A DNA stretch of 64,000 nt, from positions 208,750 to 272,749 of the forward strand of contig BPJG01000001.1 in assembly GCA_026004495.1 (NCBI GenBank), given 5' to 3'. Below, piece by piece: positions 9,094-20,126 of this stretch. Position 1 is the stretch's first letter. Every line of letters starts with the position of its first letter. Both the position numbers and the translations under genes were made by a program. This DNA comes from Candidatus Parcubacteria bacterium. Lineage in GTDB: Bacteria; Patescibacteriota; Minisyncoccia; UBA6257; HR35. The notes under the pieces were generated by a model, which ran no database searches, was not told the origin of the DNA, and worked only from the letters and a program-made list of their open reading frames with translations.

Positions 9094-10671
9094 ATGAATT
9101 TAATGATAGTTGAATCACCTAAAAAAGCAAAAACTATAAAAAAATTTTTAGGCAAAGATTTTACAGTTATAGCTTCCTTTGGTCATATTTTAGATTTACC
9201 TTCAAAAAAATTTGGCCTTTATTTAAAAAATAATAAATTGGAATACACTTACCAAATAATAAATTGGAAATTCATTAAAAAATTAAAATCACTTATAAAT
9301 AAATTTCAGGAAATATATTTAGCTACTGATCCTGATCGTGAAGGTGAATTTATAGCTTGGAGCATTAGTAAATATTTAGGAAATAAAAAATTCTATCGAA
9401 TTCGTTTTTACGAAATTACCTCATCGACAATTTTAAATTCATTAAAAAATAAAGATAAGATAAACAATAATCTTGTGGCTAGCCAAAAAGGTAGAAGATT
9501 TTTAGATAGAATTGTTGGTTATACAATTTCACCTATTTTATGGAAAAATAAAATTGGTAAATCTGCTGGTCGAGTTCAATCATCAGCCTTAAGATTGATA
9601 GTTGAAAGAGAAGAAGAAATTATAAATTTTAAATCTGAAAAATATTATCATTTGGAAATAGTCTTTTCAAATTTTAAAGCTTATCTTTTAAATGAAAAAA
9701 AGTCGTATCAATTTAGAAGCGACAAAAAAGAATATTTAGAACAGCTCAAAGAAAAATTAAAAAATGAAAAATTTATAATTAAAAAAATAATTAAAACTGA
9801 AAAATTAATTTCTAAACCAACAACTATTGATACTGCCCTTCTTCAAAGAATAGCTTTTTTAAAACATCGCTTCTCCTCTTCCCTAAGTATGTTTTTAGCC
9901 CAATCACTTTATGAAAAAGGATTAATCACTTATCATCGAACCGATAGCTTTAATTTAGCCACAGAATTTTTAGTTAAGATTAAAAATTACCTTAAAGAAG
10001 ACTATGAACCACCTAGAAAAATAAAAAAAACATTTAGTCAAGAAGCACACGAAGCAATTAGGCCAGTTTATTTAAAAAAAGATTTAAATTTAGAAAAAAA
10101 AGAAAAATTACTCTATGAACTAATTTTCAATTACACTCTCTCTGCTTGTAGTAAAAATGCTAAAGTCGAAAAAACCAAATATATTTTAACTCCCCCAAAA
10201 TATCCTCACTTAATCTTTGAAGCTGAAGGTGAGAAATTATTAGTTTTAGGTTTTTTAAAATATTATCCCTTTAAACTGTCATTCAAAGAAATTCCTGAAT
10301 TAAATAAAAATGAAATTTTACAACCGTCAGCTATAAATATTATTGAAAAACAAACCAAACCGCCTAATAGATATACCGAATCAACTTTAATCAAAAAATT
10401 AAAAGAATTAAATATTGGCAGACCCTCAACTTATGCTGAAATCATTAAAACTCTATTTCGAAGAAAATATATTGAAAGATATAAAAATACCCTAAAGCCC
10501 ACAGAATTAGGCAAAAAAGTAATCCATTTTCTTAAAAAAAATTATCCTTCAATTATTGATTTAAAATTTACTATTAAGATGGAGACTGATTTAGATAAAA
10601 TTGCTCAAGGCAAATTAGATTACGAAAAATTTATAATTAATTTTTGGCAAGAATTAAAAAATATTTTATAA
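9094..10671 (+). CDS. topA: DNA topoisomerase I (type IA), compact form lacking C-terminal Zn-ribbon domains
   Basis: N-terminal Toprim (VESPKKAKTI...ASFGHILDLP); active-site Tyr context 'ITYHRTDS'; 525 aa. Confidence 0.85.
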   Translation: MNLMIVESPKKAKTIKKFLGKDFTVIASFGHILDLPSKKFGLYLKNNKLEYTYQIINWKFIKKLKSLINKFQEIYLATDPDREGEFIAWSISKYLGNKKFYRIRFYEITSSTILNSLKNKDKINNNLVASQKGRRFLDRIVGYTISPILWKNKIGKSAGRVQSSALRLIVEREEEIINFKSEKYYHLEIVFSNFKAYLLNEKKSYQFRSDKKEYLEQLKEKLKNEKFIIKKIIKTEKLISKPTTIDTALLQRIAFLKHRFSSSLSMFLAQSLYEKGLITYHRTDSFNLATEFLVKIKNYLKEDYEPPRKIKKTFSQEAHEAIRPVYLKKDLNLEKKEKLLYELIFNYTLSACSKNAKVEKTKYILTPPKYPHLIFEAEGEKLLVLGFLKYYPFKLSFKEIPELNKNEILQPSAINIIEKQTKPPNRYTESTLIKKLKELNIGRPSTYAEIIKTLFRRKYIERYKNTLKPTELGKKVIHFLKKNYPSIIDLKFTIKMETDLDKIAQGKLDYEKFIINFWQELKNIL

Positions 10672-10680
10672 TTTAATCTA

Positions 10681-11034
10681 ATGGTTAGAGTCAAAAGGGG
10701 TAAAATAAAAACTAAAAAAAGAAAGAAAATTTTAAAATTAGCCAAGGGTTACAAGTGGAGTAGAAAATCAAAAGAAAAATTTGCCAAAGAAGCAATTTTG
10801 CATGCTGGCGTAAAAGCTTATCGTGGACGCAAAGAAAAAAAGAGGAATTTTAGAAAATTATGGCAAGTTCAACTTAATGCCTTTCTTAGATCTCGTGGCT
10901 TGAAATATAGTACTTTTATTCATCAATTAAAAGAAAATAATATCATCTTAAATAGAAAAATTTTAGCCGAATTGGCTAATAATTATCCTCAAATTTTAGA
11001 TAATATTATCGAAGAATTAAATTTAAAAAGTTAG
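10681..11034 (+). CDS. rplT: 50S ribosomal protein L20
   Basis: MVRVKRG..., basic N-terminus, NRKILAELA motif; 117 aa. No infC/rpmI upstream; topA sits there instead. Confidence 0.9.
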   Translation: MVRVKRGKIKTKKRKKILKLAKGYKWSRKSKEKFAKEAILHAGVKAYRGRKEKKRNFRKLWQVQLNAFLRSRGLKYSTFIHQLKENNIILNRKILAELANNYPQILDNIIEELNLKS

Positions 11035-14000
11035 CTAAATTATTCTTAAAGGAATCAATTATTTTATTACTAAATCCAAGCTGAGAACATCCCAAGCAAT
11101 CACCTTCATAACTAACCTTTAACAGCCAGCCACCCTTAAGAGCACCATTATAACCCCCAATTAAATAACCAGCATTATCTGCCTCAACAATCGATGAGCC
11201 AAAGCTTATTTCATCTCTACTCTGCCCTCCATAATATTTTACCCAAACTAAATTAAAATTTTTATCAACCTTCATTAACGCTAAAGACCAATCAGAGAAA
11301 TTATTTCCATCTTGCGTTAAGGGTAAATAACCGGTTATCAAAAAATTATTATCGTAATCTAAAATAATATCATTTCCGTAAAAATAATCATTACTAATTA
11401 ATTTTTCTTGAATAACTTCGCCATCATCAGGATTAATTTTTCTTAAAATTAATTTATATCTATTATCATCGGGGTCAAACATATTAGTTAAAGCAATAAT
11501 ATTACCATCATCAGCAAAAATAATCTTTTTAATTGTTTCTCGGCTACCAATTTTTAAAATATATTCTTTTTGCCAACGATAACTAAGATCAGCTTTTACT
11601 TTTACCAAGTAAGATTGATTATTTATTTCTCCACCCGCAAATATAAAAACATTAGTTTGATTTAAGACTGAATTAAATTGACTACTTAAGGCAAAATTAA
11701 TTGAAGAAATGTCCTTTAAAGTAGTAGAAGTAATTAACCAAATTTTTCCATAATTATTATTTGTTCTACCAACAACTATATAATTTATACCATCATAAGT
11801 TATATCACTAAAATAAGATGAATCAAAAGAGTTATCCATAATTAATTTAAGCGAACTATCAAATTGAGCCAAATAACCAGAATTAGCAACAGGATCGTTC
11901 TGATAATAATTACCTAAGGTCACAAAATAATTGCCATCATAAATAACTGATCGAAATTGATGACTAATATAACTTGGATCCATTAAACTACTTGAGCTAA
12001 CTATAATATTACCATTAATATCAAATTTGGCTATCCAGAAAGATGAAGTATTAATAAGTAAATCTTCACCAACAGCAACATAACCATCATCTGCTCTAAT
12101 TAACTTATTAATTTTTTTATTTTTGCCAATATTTTTTGAAAAATAATTATCGCATTGATTGACTAAAATCTTTTGATTTGGCTTGATAACCCTTGAAGTT
12201 AAAGATAGAGGTGTACTAGTAAGGTTGTAATTAGATGTACTAAAGCTTGAAATATCTGAAACAGGGGACGAAATTGTACTAAAGCTAAAAATATTAGTGG
12301 TCGTTATGTTATAAAGATTATTTTTAAGATAAAATAAATTTTTATCAGAAACAAATCTAATTAAATTGAAATAATACTTTGTTATAAATCCAAACCAAAA
12401 CTCTTCAGGCTTTAAATCATCTCCGAATGCTTCTATTATTTTAGTTATTTTTTTTAAATAAGCAATAAAAGGACTATCATCGATAAAACTACCAATTAAT
12501 AAATAACTATTATCATCTAATTGTAAAAAATTATTAAATACTAATCGATCATTAGAAGATAAAGCAGTTATTTTATATTCAGTTAATTTATCAAAGTTTT
12601 GATTTAATTTAATTAAATAATTTTCGCTACTACTATTGACTACTAACCAAAAATTATTTTTTTTATCCTGAAATATTCTTCTAATATCTATAGTTGAATA
12701 ATCGCCAGTATATTTTTTTATCCAGGCTAAATTACCCTGATAATCAGTTTTTACAAAAATATAACTGGTAGCATTTAAAGATTTATCATACATTGCATTA
12801 AAAAAATATCCTCCATCATTAGTTTGAAAAAGATAATTATTTCTTGGAGAATCCATGCTGAAATAAGAAGAAAATGCTATATTATCATATTGCTTTATCC
12901 ACTCAATTTTATTTTGATTATCAAATTTAGCCAAAAAAGCAGGTGGTACAGCCATATAGCCATAACTTCCTAACAAAATAAAGCCATCATCTTGTGTTTT
13001 ATTGCCAGCATATATTCTTCCAAATGTAATCTGATAATAATAATCTCCACCGCTTAAAATATCTCCGGTTGAACTTGAAATTTCAACTAATTGAAAGCCA
13101 GAATAATATCCTATGTTTCTGATTAGATTTATATTGCCTGAAAAATTATTATTAATAAATACCAATTTTTGGACAGCACTACAATCACTACCACTACAAT
13201 AAAGTCTTGACCATTGGGGATTAAAATCTTTATCAGTTTTTATTAGAATAGATTTATCGCTTAGATTATAACCTAAAACATAGCTTTCATCAGGTAATTG
13301 ATGAATGTAATTTAAATCGAGAGGAGATGAAGTATTTAAATAAATTGTTTTGATAAATTTAGGATTGCCGAATTTATCTAAAAAAATAGCTAGAAACGAC
13401 GAAGTGTTAGATGATAAATAATTATTACCAATAACTAAATAATCACCAGCTTTATTTCGAAAAACATAATTTCTAGTTGGATAAAAATTAAATAATTTAT
13501 TCCAACAAATATCCTGGCCCATTAGATTACCATAATTTATACCGAAGTTTAATTTCAAAGCTTGACAAGAACTTAGAGTAGTAGTTCCATAAATAATTGA
13601 TCCTGAGGTGCCAAAAGCAATTAAACATTTATTATTGCCAACCTCTAAAATCTCTTCATCACTACCACCATCAGTTAAAGCGGAAAATTGATTTTTTGTT
13701 TCTTTAAATACTCTTGATTCTAAATTAGCATTAACTTCAAATTGTCGAGCATCGCGCCTAAAAACATAAAGATAAAAATAATTTTTAATTGGTTGACTAT
13801 TATTAATAATATTTAAGGGATCAACTGGCAATTGGGGCAAAATTTGATTATTTTCATTAAAATTTATTGGCAACCAACCTTCACCATTGGGATTAAAAAC
13901 ATTAGTTGCTGATGAATTTTGTTTAATTTGCCAAAGATTGCCATAAGCATCAGTAATAGTTGAAAAATTAAAGGTTGATTGATCAACTGGAATTGAAATA

Positions 14001-14248
14001 TAAATTGACGAATTATCTTCATCTAAACCAGTTAAATCATATAAAGGACCATCCAAATCAGGATTTTTTGCCAGGTTTAAATAGTTATTAATAGCTATTT
14101 CTAAAGCTTGTAAATCTCTTATTCTTTGTAAATCTCTATTTCTTTTGGCTACTTCAATAGGATTAACTAAATAAACAAACAAAGAGGTTAAAATAGCAAT
14201 CAAAGTTATAATAACTAAAATTTCAATTAAAGTAAAACCTTTTTTCAT
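11006..14248 (-). CDS. Giant pseudopilin-fusion surface protein (prepilin N-terminus, GspG-like domain, beta-propeller repeats)
   Basis: 1080 aa. N-terminus MKKGFTLIEILVIITLIAIL = class III signal peptide/prepilin motif (G|FTLIE). ~180 aa GspG-like domain shared with the neighbouring gene (NPDLDGP, GWLPINF, LPVDP, KNYFY). Remainder: repeated ~40 aa G/D/Y-rich propeller-like units. Confidence 0.75.
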   Translation of the reverse strand: MKKGFTLIEILVIITLIAILTSLFVYLVNPIEVAKRNRDLQRIRDLQALEIAINNYLNLAKNPDLDGPLYDLTGLDEDNSSIYISIPVDQSTFNFSTITDAYGNLWQIKQNSSATNVFNPNGEGWLPINFNENNQILPQLPVDPLNIINNSQPIKNYFYLYVFRRDARQFEVNANLESRVFKETKNQFSALTDGGSDEEILEVGNNKCLIAFGTSGSIIYGTTTLSSCQALKLNFGINYGNLMGQDICWNKLFNFYPTRNYVFRNKAGDYLVIGNNYLSSNTSSFLAIFLDKFGNPKFIKTIYLNTSSPLDLNYIHQLPDESYVLGYNLSDKSILIKTDKDFNPQWSRLYCSGSDCSAVQKLVFINNNFSGNINLIRNIGYYSGFQLVEISSSTGDILSGGDYYYQITFGRIYAGNKTQDDGFILLGSYGYMAVPPAFLAKFDNQNKIEWIKQYDNIAFSSYFSMDSPRNNYLFQTNDGGYFFNAMYDKSLNATSYIFVKTDYQGNLAWIKKYTGDYSTIDIRRIFQDKKNNFWLVVNSSSENYLIKLNQNFDKLTEYKITALSSNDRLVFNNFLQLDDNSYLLIGSFIDDSPFIAYLKKITKIIEAFGDDLKPEEFWFGFITKYYFNLIRFVSDKNLFYLKNNLYNITTTNIFSFSTISSPVSDISSFSTSNYNLTSTPLSLTSRVIKPNQKILVNQCDNYFSKNIGKNKKINKLIRADDGYVAVGEDLLINTSSFWIAKFDINGNIIVSSSSLMDPSYISHQFRSVIYDGNYFVTLGNYYQNDPVANSGYLAQFDSSLKLIMDNSFDSSYFSDITYDGINYIVVGRTNNNYGKIWLITSTTLKDISSINFALSSQFNSVLNQTNVFIFAGGEINNQSYLVKVKADLSYRWQKEYILKIGSRETIKKIIFADDGNIIALTNMFDPDDNRYKLILRKINPDDGEVIQEKLISNDYFYGNDIILDYDNNFLITGYLPLTQDGNNFSDWSLALMKVDKNFNLVWVKYYGGQSRDEISFGSSIVEADNAGYLIGGYNGALKGGWLLKVSYEGDCLGCSQLGFSNKIIDSFKNNLANFLNLILR

Positions 14249-17200
14249 TGATTAATTGTTATTGAATTAATTGTAATTGTAGGAATTTGAGATTCGTCCA
14301 GTCTAGGATCCCATTTAAGAATTATAAACATTTTAGAGCAAATTAGATTCAAATTATACAAACGATTTGATCCTTTTTGTAAATTATATTCTTTATCATC
14401 GCAAATAAATTTATATTCTTTTATTTTATCTTGATTATTATTCGTACTAGCATTAATATCAACAACATTAATAAACTTGGGAGGATCAATTACTTCAATA
14501 TAAATAGCATAATTTCTTGCTTTTTTACCTGTTTCTTTGCTACCCAAGAGGGTACTAGTAAAAGTTTCTCCTATCTCAAAAATTTGATTATCAGTAGTAA
14601 TTTTATAATACTTAAATTTTGCTTGTTTATTATACTTATCACCAACACCATCAATCGGCGTTGATGTTCCTTCACCTATCTCATTAATTGCTGAAATTGT
14701 ATAAGTTGCAGAGGTTGCTAAACTCATTAAATCAATATAATTTAAATTGTCTGGTGAATTGGTAGCAAGTAAAATATAATTACTTGAAGTTGCTCTATAA
14801 ATTCGGTATTCTTTTATTTTACCAAAACCAGCTTTGGAGGAATAATTTTCAATTTTATCAATTACTAACCAAGCACCAAAAGTTCCGGTTTGTCTAATTG
14901 AAAAACTTGGTTGGGGTAGTGTCAGAGCAGTTGTACAAATTTCATTACTTGGTAAACTTTCTCCATTAGGATAATTAGCTTTAACCACATAACAATAACT
15001 TTCGCCAGCTAAAAGATTATTATCAGTAAAAGAAAGAGTAGATGTATTTGTTGTTGCATATGGTGAATTACCATAACTACTTCCTTTAATTTTTCGATAA
15101 ATTGAATAATTTAACAATACGCTTTCACCAGCTGAAGCCCAATTAAGAGTAATAGAATTATTCCCTAAAGTATACCTTACATTTTGAGGCGGCAATTTAA
15201 AATAAAAACCAATAGAGTTATTACCTGAAGTTATTAAGGTACTTTGATTATTTATTGCTTTTATGAGATAGTTATTATTAGGTTTACTTTCGTAATTGTA
15301 ATCAATATAAGAAGTAGCGGTAGTGGTAACAATCTTGATTCCATTCCGATAGACAACATAATAATTAACACCGCTTACACCATTCCAAATTAGTTGAATT
15401 CCTGAATCGGAAGTATAACTAAGATTAGGAGAAATGGTTGACAATACACCCGAAAACAATGCTTGACACTTAACTAAGCTTTTATCACTTTCGCCAATTG
15501 AATTAAGTGCGGTAACATAATAACAATAATTAATTCCTTCACTTACCGAATTATCAGTATAAGAAGTAGCTGTTGTTGCAGCAATAAGAATAAAATTATT
15601 TATCTCATTAGTTGAGGTTGATCTATAAATTTTATAATACTGAATATTCTCACCACCATTATATTGAGGAAGTTGCCATTCAAGTACAATAGATAATGAA
15701 CCAGTCGAAATGCTTAAATCTACAGGAGGTGTTGGTCGTAATTTATCAGATGTTGTTGCTGAACAAAATTCATTGGAAAAATTACTAACAAAGAAAAATA
15801 AATGCAAACCACTTCGATAACAATTTTTACCAGATAAAGGACTAGTATCAGTTGCATAATTGCCAAAAATATTTGTTATGTAATTATAATTATCAGATGA
15901 AGTAGCCCGGTAAATATATACAAGAAAACTAGAAAGACTTCTTAAATAATCCAAAAAATTATCAATAGAGAGATAGTTATAATTAGCACCCGATCTTGAA
16001 AAAAGAGTATATCTTTTATCTATTAAATTAAATTCTGTAAAAAAAGATTTTTTAAATAAATCATTCACATTACAAACATTAGCTAAATTTTCATAATCAG
16101 GTAAAATTTTGGAAACGAAATTTAAACTATAATTTAAAACTTGAATATCGGGTGAATTGATTTTTAAATTCGATGAATAATGGAAAAAATTAGATGATAA
16201 AGCTGATGGACTGATAATATTAATTAAAAATCTTTGTTGGATATTACCTTTGTTAAATATATTAAAGACTGGATCACTACTTGAACTAATATTTAGTGCT
16301 AATTGTCTATAAGAAGATGGACCCGTTGTAAAATAATGAGAATTACCAACTATGAAATAATAATCATTAGAAGATATTTCTAAACCATAAAAATTATCAT
16401 TATTATACCAACCAATATTTTTAGCAAAAATTATCTCGCCTGTTGTCGAATTAATTTTCATTACCAAACCGTCATAATTTAGATTATTATATGAATTTGA
16501 TTTACCGATAATAATATAATTACCATCGTAATCTTTTTTAACCTTATAAAGATAGTCATCACCACCAGCTGAATATCTTTTTTGCCAAAGAATTTGACCT
16601 TGATTATCAATTGCAATAGCAAAAGGGTCGTAATGGTTAGCATCAAATTGACTATAGCCAAAAATTAAATAACCAGAAGAGGAGGTCGCGATTGCCATAC
16701 CAAAATCATTACCACCACTATCATAAATTTTTTGCCAAATTAATTTTCCTTCTCTATCTACTTTAATTAAAATCACATCATAATCTTTTCGAAAAGAATT
16801 GCTATAACCTACAATAATATATCCATTATCATTAGCTTTAATTAATCCTTGACCAACATCATTCTTTAGACCACCAAATGTTTTAAAAACTTTTATTACA
16901 CCATTATTATTAAAAAGCGAAAAAATAATATCGTTATCACCTTGACCAAAACTCGAAGAATAACCAGTAAGAATAATTTCATCGCCATCTAAAATTCCAG
17001 CAAATATTTTTTCATCTTTTTTACCACCAATTTTCTTTGACCAAACAGTATCAAATGTCGTCGAAGATATTCTTACCAACAGACCATCATAATTATTACC
17101 AGATTTTACTTGACCTCCCAAGATGAAATAACTGGATGAAGCAAGAATAAAATTAAAACTACTCTCATTGGTTGTACTTGAAATTTTAATAGCTTGAGGA

Positions 17201-20067
17201 TTGCCTAAAGAATCTAATTGATACAAAACACCATTGTAATTTTGATTATTCCATTCCCAACCAACAGTTAAATATTGATTATTGTTTTTAACAACATCAT
17301 TGAAATTATTATTTTTATTATTAGGAAGATAGATTTTAGCAAAACATTGCGAATTATAACGACCAACTATATTACTCTTAAAACCAAAACCATTTGCATT
17401 TTTAGCCTTAACATAATAGTAAATAGGTGTAGAAGCTGAATTATCTTGGTCAAGGTAGGTTAGTCCTGTTGTTGTAGCAAGTAATTGATAGGTAGATGTT
17501 GGTGTTGATGTTGCTTTATAAAGATAATATTCAGTGGTGGCTGCTCCTTCATCAGATATCGGTGGTTGCCAGTTAAGTTGAGTGTAGCTTTCTTGGGTTT
17601 CCCGAAAGTCCAAAGATAAAGGAAAAAGTGGTGTTGAATTCGGACTACCCATAACATAATTTGAAGGAATAGATTCTAAATCACAAAAATCGCCTGATAT
17701 TTTAGTAACATAATAATAATAATTCTTTCCATTGATTAAACCAGTTCGAGTAAAACTATTTGCTGGAGTTGTTCCAATAAGTTGATATTCATCGCCAGTT
17801 GACTCATAAATTGCAAAGGAGGGCTTAGTATCTTTAGCATCACCATCTTCCCAACTAAGACTAATTTTATTGACTAAAGATTGGAGACTTAAATTATTAG
17901 GAGATATACATTGGGTTCCAGGAGATGAACAATTTCCATAACAACCACTTTCAATATTACTTCTTTTGCTTTCGCCAATTGAATTAACAGCAGTAATATA
18001 GTAATAATAAGTAGTTTTAGAAGCAGTGGATAAATCATTATAGCTAGTAGCAGTAGTCGAAGCAATAAAAATATATTGAGAAGAAGTTGCTCGATAAATA
18101 TTGTAATAACTAACAGCTGAACCTTCATTAGAAAGAGGTGGTTCCCAAGTAAGACGAATACCATTAGCTAACGCTGAAGTCTGAAGTTTGCCGGGTGGTA
18201 TAGGATAACCTCGGGGAGTCGCAGAAACAGTAGTAGCATAATTAGAAACACCAAATTGATTTTTTGCTTGAATAGTATATTCATAAGTTTGTCCGTTAAT
18301 TAAATCTTGATGAGTGAATTGATAGCTATTTGTTGGAATAGCAGGAAATTCAAAAAGATAACGCCAATTATTTTCTCCGCTTAACCTGTAATAAAGTAAA
18401 TAAGAATCAATAACTGAACCACCATCATTGTTGGGATATTGCCAAGATAGGTTTATAGTTTTATTACCTGAAAAAGCTGAAAAATTAATTGGTGGTGAAG
18501 GATTTGTACCAGGGACAATGCATCGTTGTTGGCTAAAATTACTACTACCTACTTTATTAACAGCTTTAATTTTATAGCAATATTTTTGACCATTATTAAG
18601 ATTGGAATGTTGATAAACTAAAATATTATAACTTGTAGTTGCAATCAAGTTATCATTGTCATTATATATTTCATATCTAATTATTTCGCTACCACCATCA
18701 TCATCTGGTTTTAACCAAGTTATTACAATTTGCCCATCTCCAGGACTTAATTTATCAATAATAGGTGGTGAAGAGGTAGCAGTTATTTTAACATACACAG
18801 GTATAGTTATAGTTGAATCAGATTCAACTAAATAAATATTTTGCTTACAATAAAAATCTTGTTTAAATGATTTTAGCATTAAAGTAAATATTAAAGAAGT
18901 AGAAGAATAAGGATTTACGATAAAACTAGTTGGAGTGGAAATAACATAAGAAGGACAAGTCGTAGTTGTCTCTTTATAAAAAAAATCACGTAATTCAACT
19001 GATAGCTTTGAATCACCATTATTATAAATGATCAATTCATGGCTTACAGAGCTATCGGTTGTTTTTGCTTCTAAAATAGCAGTTGGGGGGTTAATTCTAT
19101 ATATTGGCGCGGCCGAAAAATTACAAGTTATATTTATTGAGTATGGATTGACTTTTTTAGGATCATTGTGCCAAATAAATAATATTGTTTCTGTTGTGGT
19201 TGCTGAAGTCAATGATCTACCATCACAAGTTAAAATAAGGGTTGTAGTATTATTGGGAGCAATAACAAAATTATTTTTATTTATTTTAAGCAATGAATTC
19301 TGGTTTGATTGAGTAATTTGATTAATTAATAAATAAGCTGTACCGGTATTATAAATATAAAGATAAGTAGAGGATGATTGAGAAATAGGGGCAGTTAAGA
19401 CTAAGGAGGTGGTATTAGTATTTAAAGACGGAAATGAAAGTTGATATTTACTATAACCATAAATTACTGGTGGAATAATATTTAAATCTGTTCCAACTTC
19501 AAAGGATTCGCTATCACCTCCATCACTTTTGGCAATTTCAATAAATTTAGGACATTCAAATTTAGCATTTAATTCATAAGATTTAGCTGATTTTTTAAAA
19601 GCATAAGAATAAAAATAATTTTTATTAAAAGAATTAATTGGATCTACTGGTAAAAGATTAATTGCTTTTTTTGATAAAGATAAAAAATTTATTGGTAACC
19701 AACCTTGGCCATTAATAAGCGAAGAAAGGGCAGTCGAAGAAGGTTGAATTATTAACCAATTTTTTCCTTCGAAACTAAATGAAGTTGAGGTTGATTCTTT
19801 ATCTTTAGGAATACTTATAAATATTGAGGAGCTTGATTCATCAAATCCAGAATTAGAAAAATAAGGACCATCTAAATCAGGATTATTTGTTTCCGAGAAG
19901 TAATGAGCAATCGCTGAATTTAATGAATTAAGGTCATTTATTCTCTGGGTATCTCGAGAGCATTTGATAATATCTAAAGGTTTAATTAAATTAATAACAA
20001 AAGTTGAAATTATACCCAAAGCTGATAAAACAGCAATTAATTCAATTAAAGTAAAACCTTTTTTCAT
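14245..20067 (-). CDS. Giant pseudopilin-fusion surface protein (prepilin N-terminus, multiple FN3 domains, beta-propeller repeats)
   Basis: 1940 aa. MKKGFTLIELIAVLSALGII prepilin N-terminus; paralogous GspG-like domain. At least 4-5 FN3-like modules (e.g. PSPPINFSAFSGNKTINLSWQYPNNDGGS...YEYTIQAKN). ~45 aa repeats (GG.NDxG..I...DGYII.GYS.S) typical of SBBP/DUF5122-like propellers. Overlaps the downstream paralog by 4 nt. Confidence 0.75.
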   Translation of the reverse strand: MKKGFTLIELIAVLSALGIISTFVINLIKPLDIIKCSRDTQRINDLNSLNSAIAHYFSETNNPDLDGPYFSNSGFDESSSSIFISIPKDKESTSTSFSFEGKNWLIIQPSSTALSSLINGQGWLPINFLSLSKKAINLLPVDPINSFNKNYFYSYAFKKSAKSYELNAKFECPKFIEIAKSDGGDSESFEVGTDLNIIPPVIYGYSKYQLSFPSLNTNTTSLVLTAPISQSSSTYLYIYNTGTAYLLINQITQSNQNSLLKINKNNFVIAPNNTTTLILTCDGRSLTSATTTETILFIWHNDPKKVNPYSINITCNFSAAPIYRINPPTAILEAKTTDSSVSHELIIYNNGDSKLSVELRDFFYKETTTTCPSYVISTPTSFIVNPYSSTSLIFTLMLKSFKQDFYCKQNIYLVESDSTITIPVYVKITATSSPPIIDKLSPGDGQIVITWLKPDDDGGSEIIRYEIYNDNDNLIATTSYNILVYQHSNLNNGQKYCYKIKAVNKVGSSNFSQQRCIVPGTNPSPPINFSAFSGNKTINLSWQYPNNDGGSVIDSYLLYYRLSGENNWRYLFEFPAIPTNSYQFTHQDLINGQTYEYTIQAKNQFGVSNYATTVSATPRGYPIPPGKLQTSALANGIRLTWEPPLSNEGSAVSYYNIYRATSSQYIFIASTTATSYNDLSTASKTTYYYYITAVNSIGESKRSNIESGCYGNCSSPGTQCISPNNLSLQSLVNKISLSWEDGDAKDTKPSFAIYESTGDEYQLIGTTPANSFTRTGLINGKNYYYYVTKISGDFCDLESIPSNYVMGSPNSTPLFPLSLDFRETQESYTQLNWQPPISDEGAATTEYYLYKATSTPTSTYQLLATTTGLTYLDQDNSASTPIYYYVKAKNANGFGFKSNIVGRYNSQCFAKIYLPNNKNNNFNDVVKNNNQYLTVGWEWNNQNYNGVLYQLDSLGNPQAIKISSTTNESSFNFILASSSYFILGGQVKSGNNYDGLLVRISSTTFDTVWSKKIGGKKDEKIFAGILDGDEIILTGYSSSFGQGDNDIIFSLFNNNGVIKVFKTFGGLKNDVGQGLIKANDNGYIIVGYSNSFRKDYDVILIKVDREGKLIWQKIYDSGGNDFGMAIATSSSGYLIFGYSQFDANHYDPFAIAIDNQGQILWQKRYSAGGDDYLYKVKKDYDGNYIIIGKSNSYNNLNYDGLVMKINSTTGEIIFAKNIGWYNNDNFYGLEISSNDYYFIVGNSHYFTTGPSSYRQLALNISSSSDPVFNIFNKGNIQQRFLINIISPSALSSNFFHYSSNLKINSPDIQVLNYSLNFVSKILPDYENLANVCNVNDLFKKSFFTEFNLIDKRYTLFSRSGANYNYLSIDNFLDYLRSLSSFLVYIYRATSSDNYNYITNIFGNYATDTSPLSGKNCYRSGLHLFFFVSNFSNEFCSATTSDKLRPTPPVDLSISTGSLSIVLEWQLPQYNGGENIQYYKIYRSTSTNEINNFILIAATTATSYTDNSVSEGINYCYYVTALNSIGESDKSLVKCQALFSGVLSTISPNLSYTSDSGIQLIWNGVSGVNYYVVYRNGIKIVTTTATSYIDYNYESKPNNNYLIKAINNQSTLITSGNNSIGFYFKLPPQNVRYTLGNNSITLNWASAGESVLLNYSIYRKIKGSSYGNSPYATTNTSTLSFTDNNLLAGESYCYVVKANYPNGESLPSNEICTTALTLPQPSFSIRQTGTFGAWLVIDKIENYSSKAGFGKIKEYRIYRATSSNYILLATNSPDNLNYIDLMSLATSATYTISAINEIGEGTSTPIDGVGDKYNKQAKFKYYKITTDNQIFEIGETFTSTLLGSKETGKKARNYAIYIEVIDPPKFINVVDINASTNNNQDKIKEYKFICDDKEYNLQKGSNRLYNLNLICSKMFIILKWDPRLDESQIPTITINSITINQ

Positions 20068-20126
20068 TTATTTAGAAATAAAACTTTAATATTTTTATAA
20101 TATAATTTAATTTTATCATAACTTAA

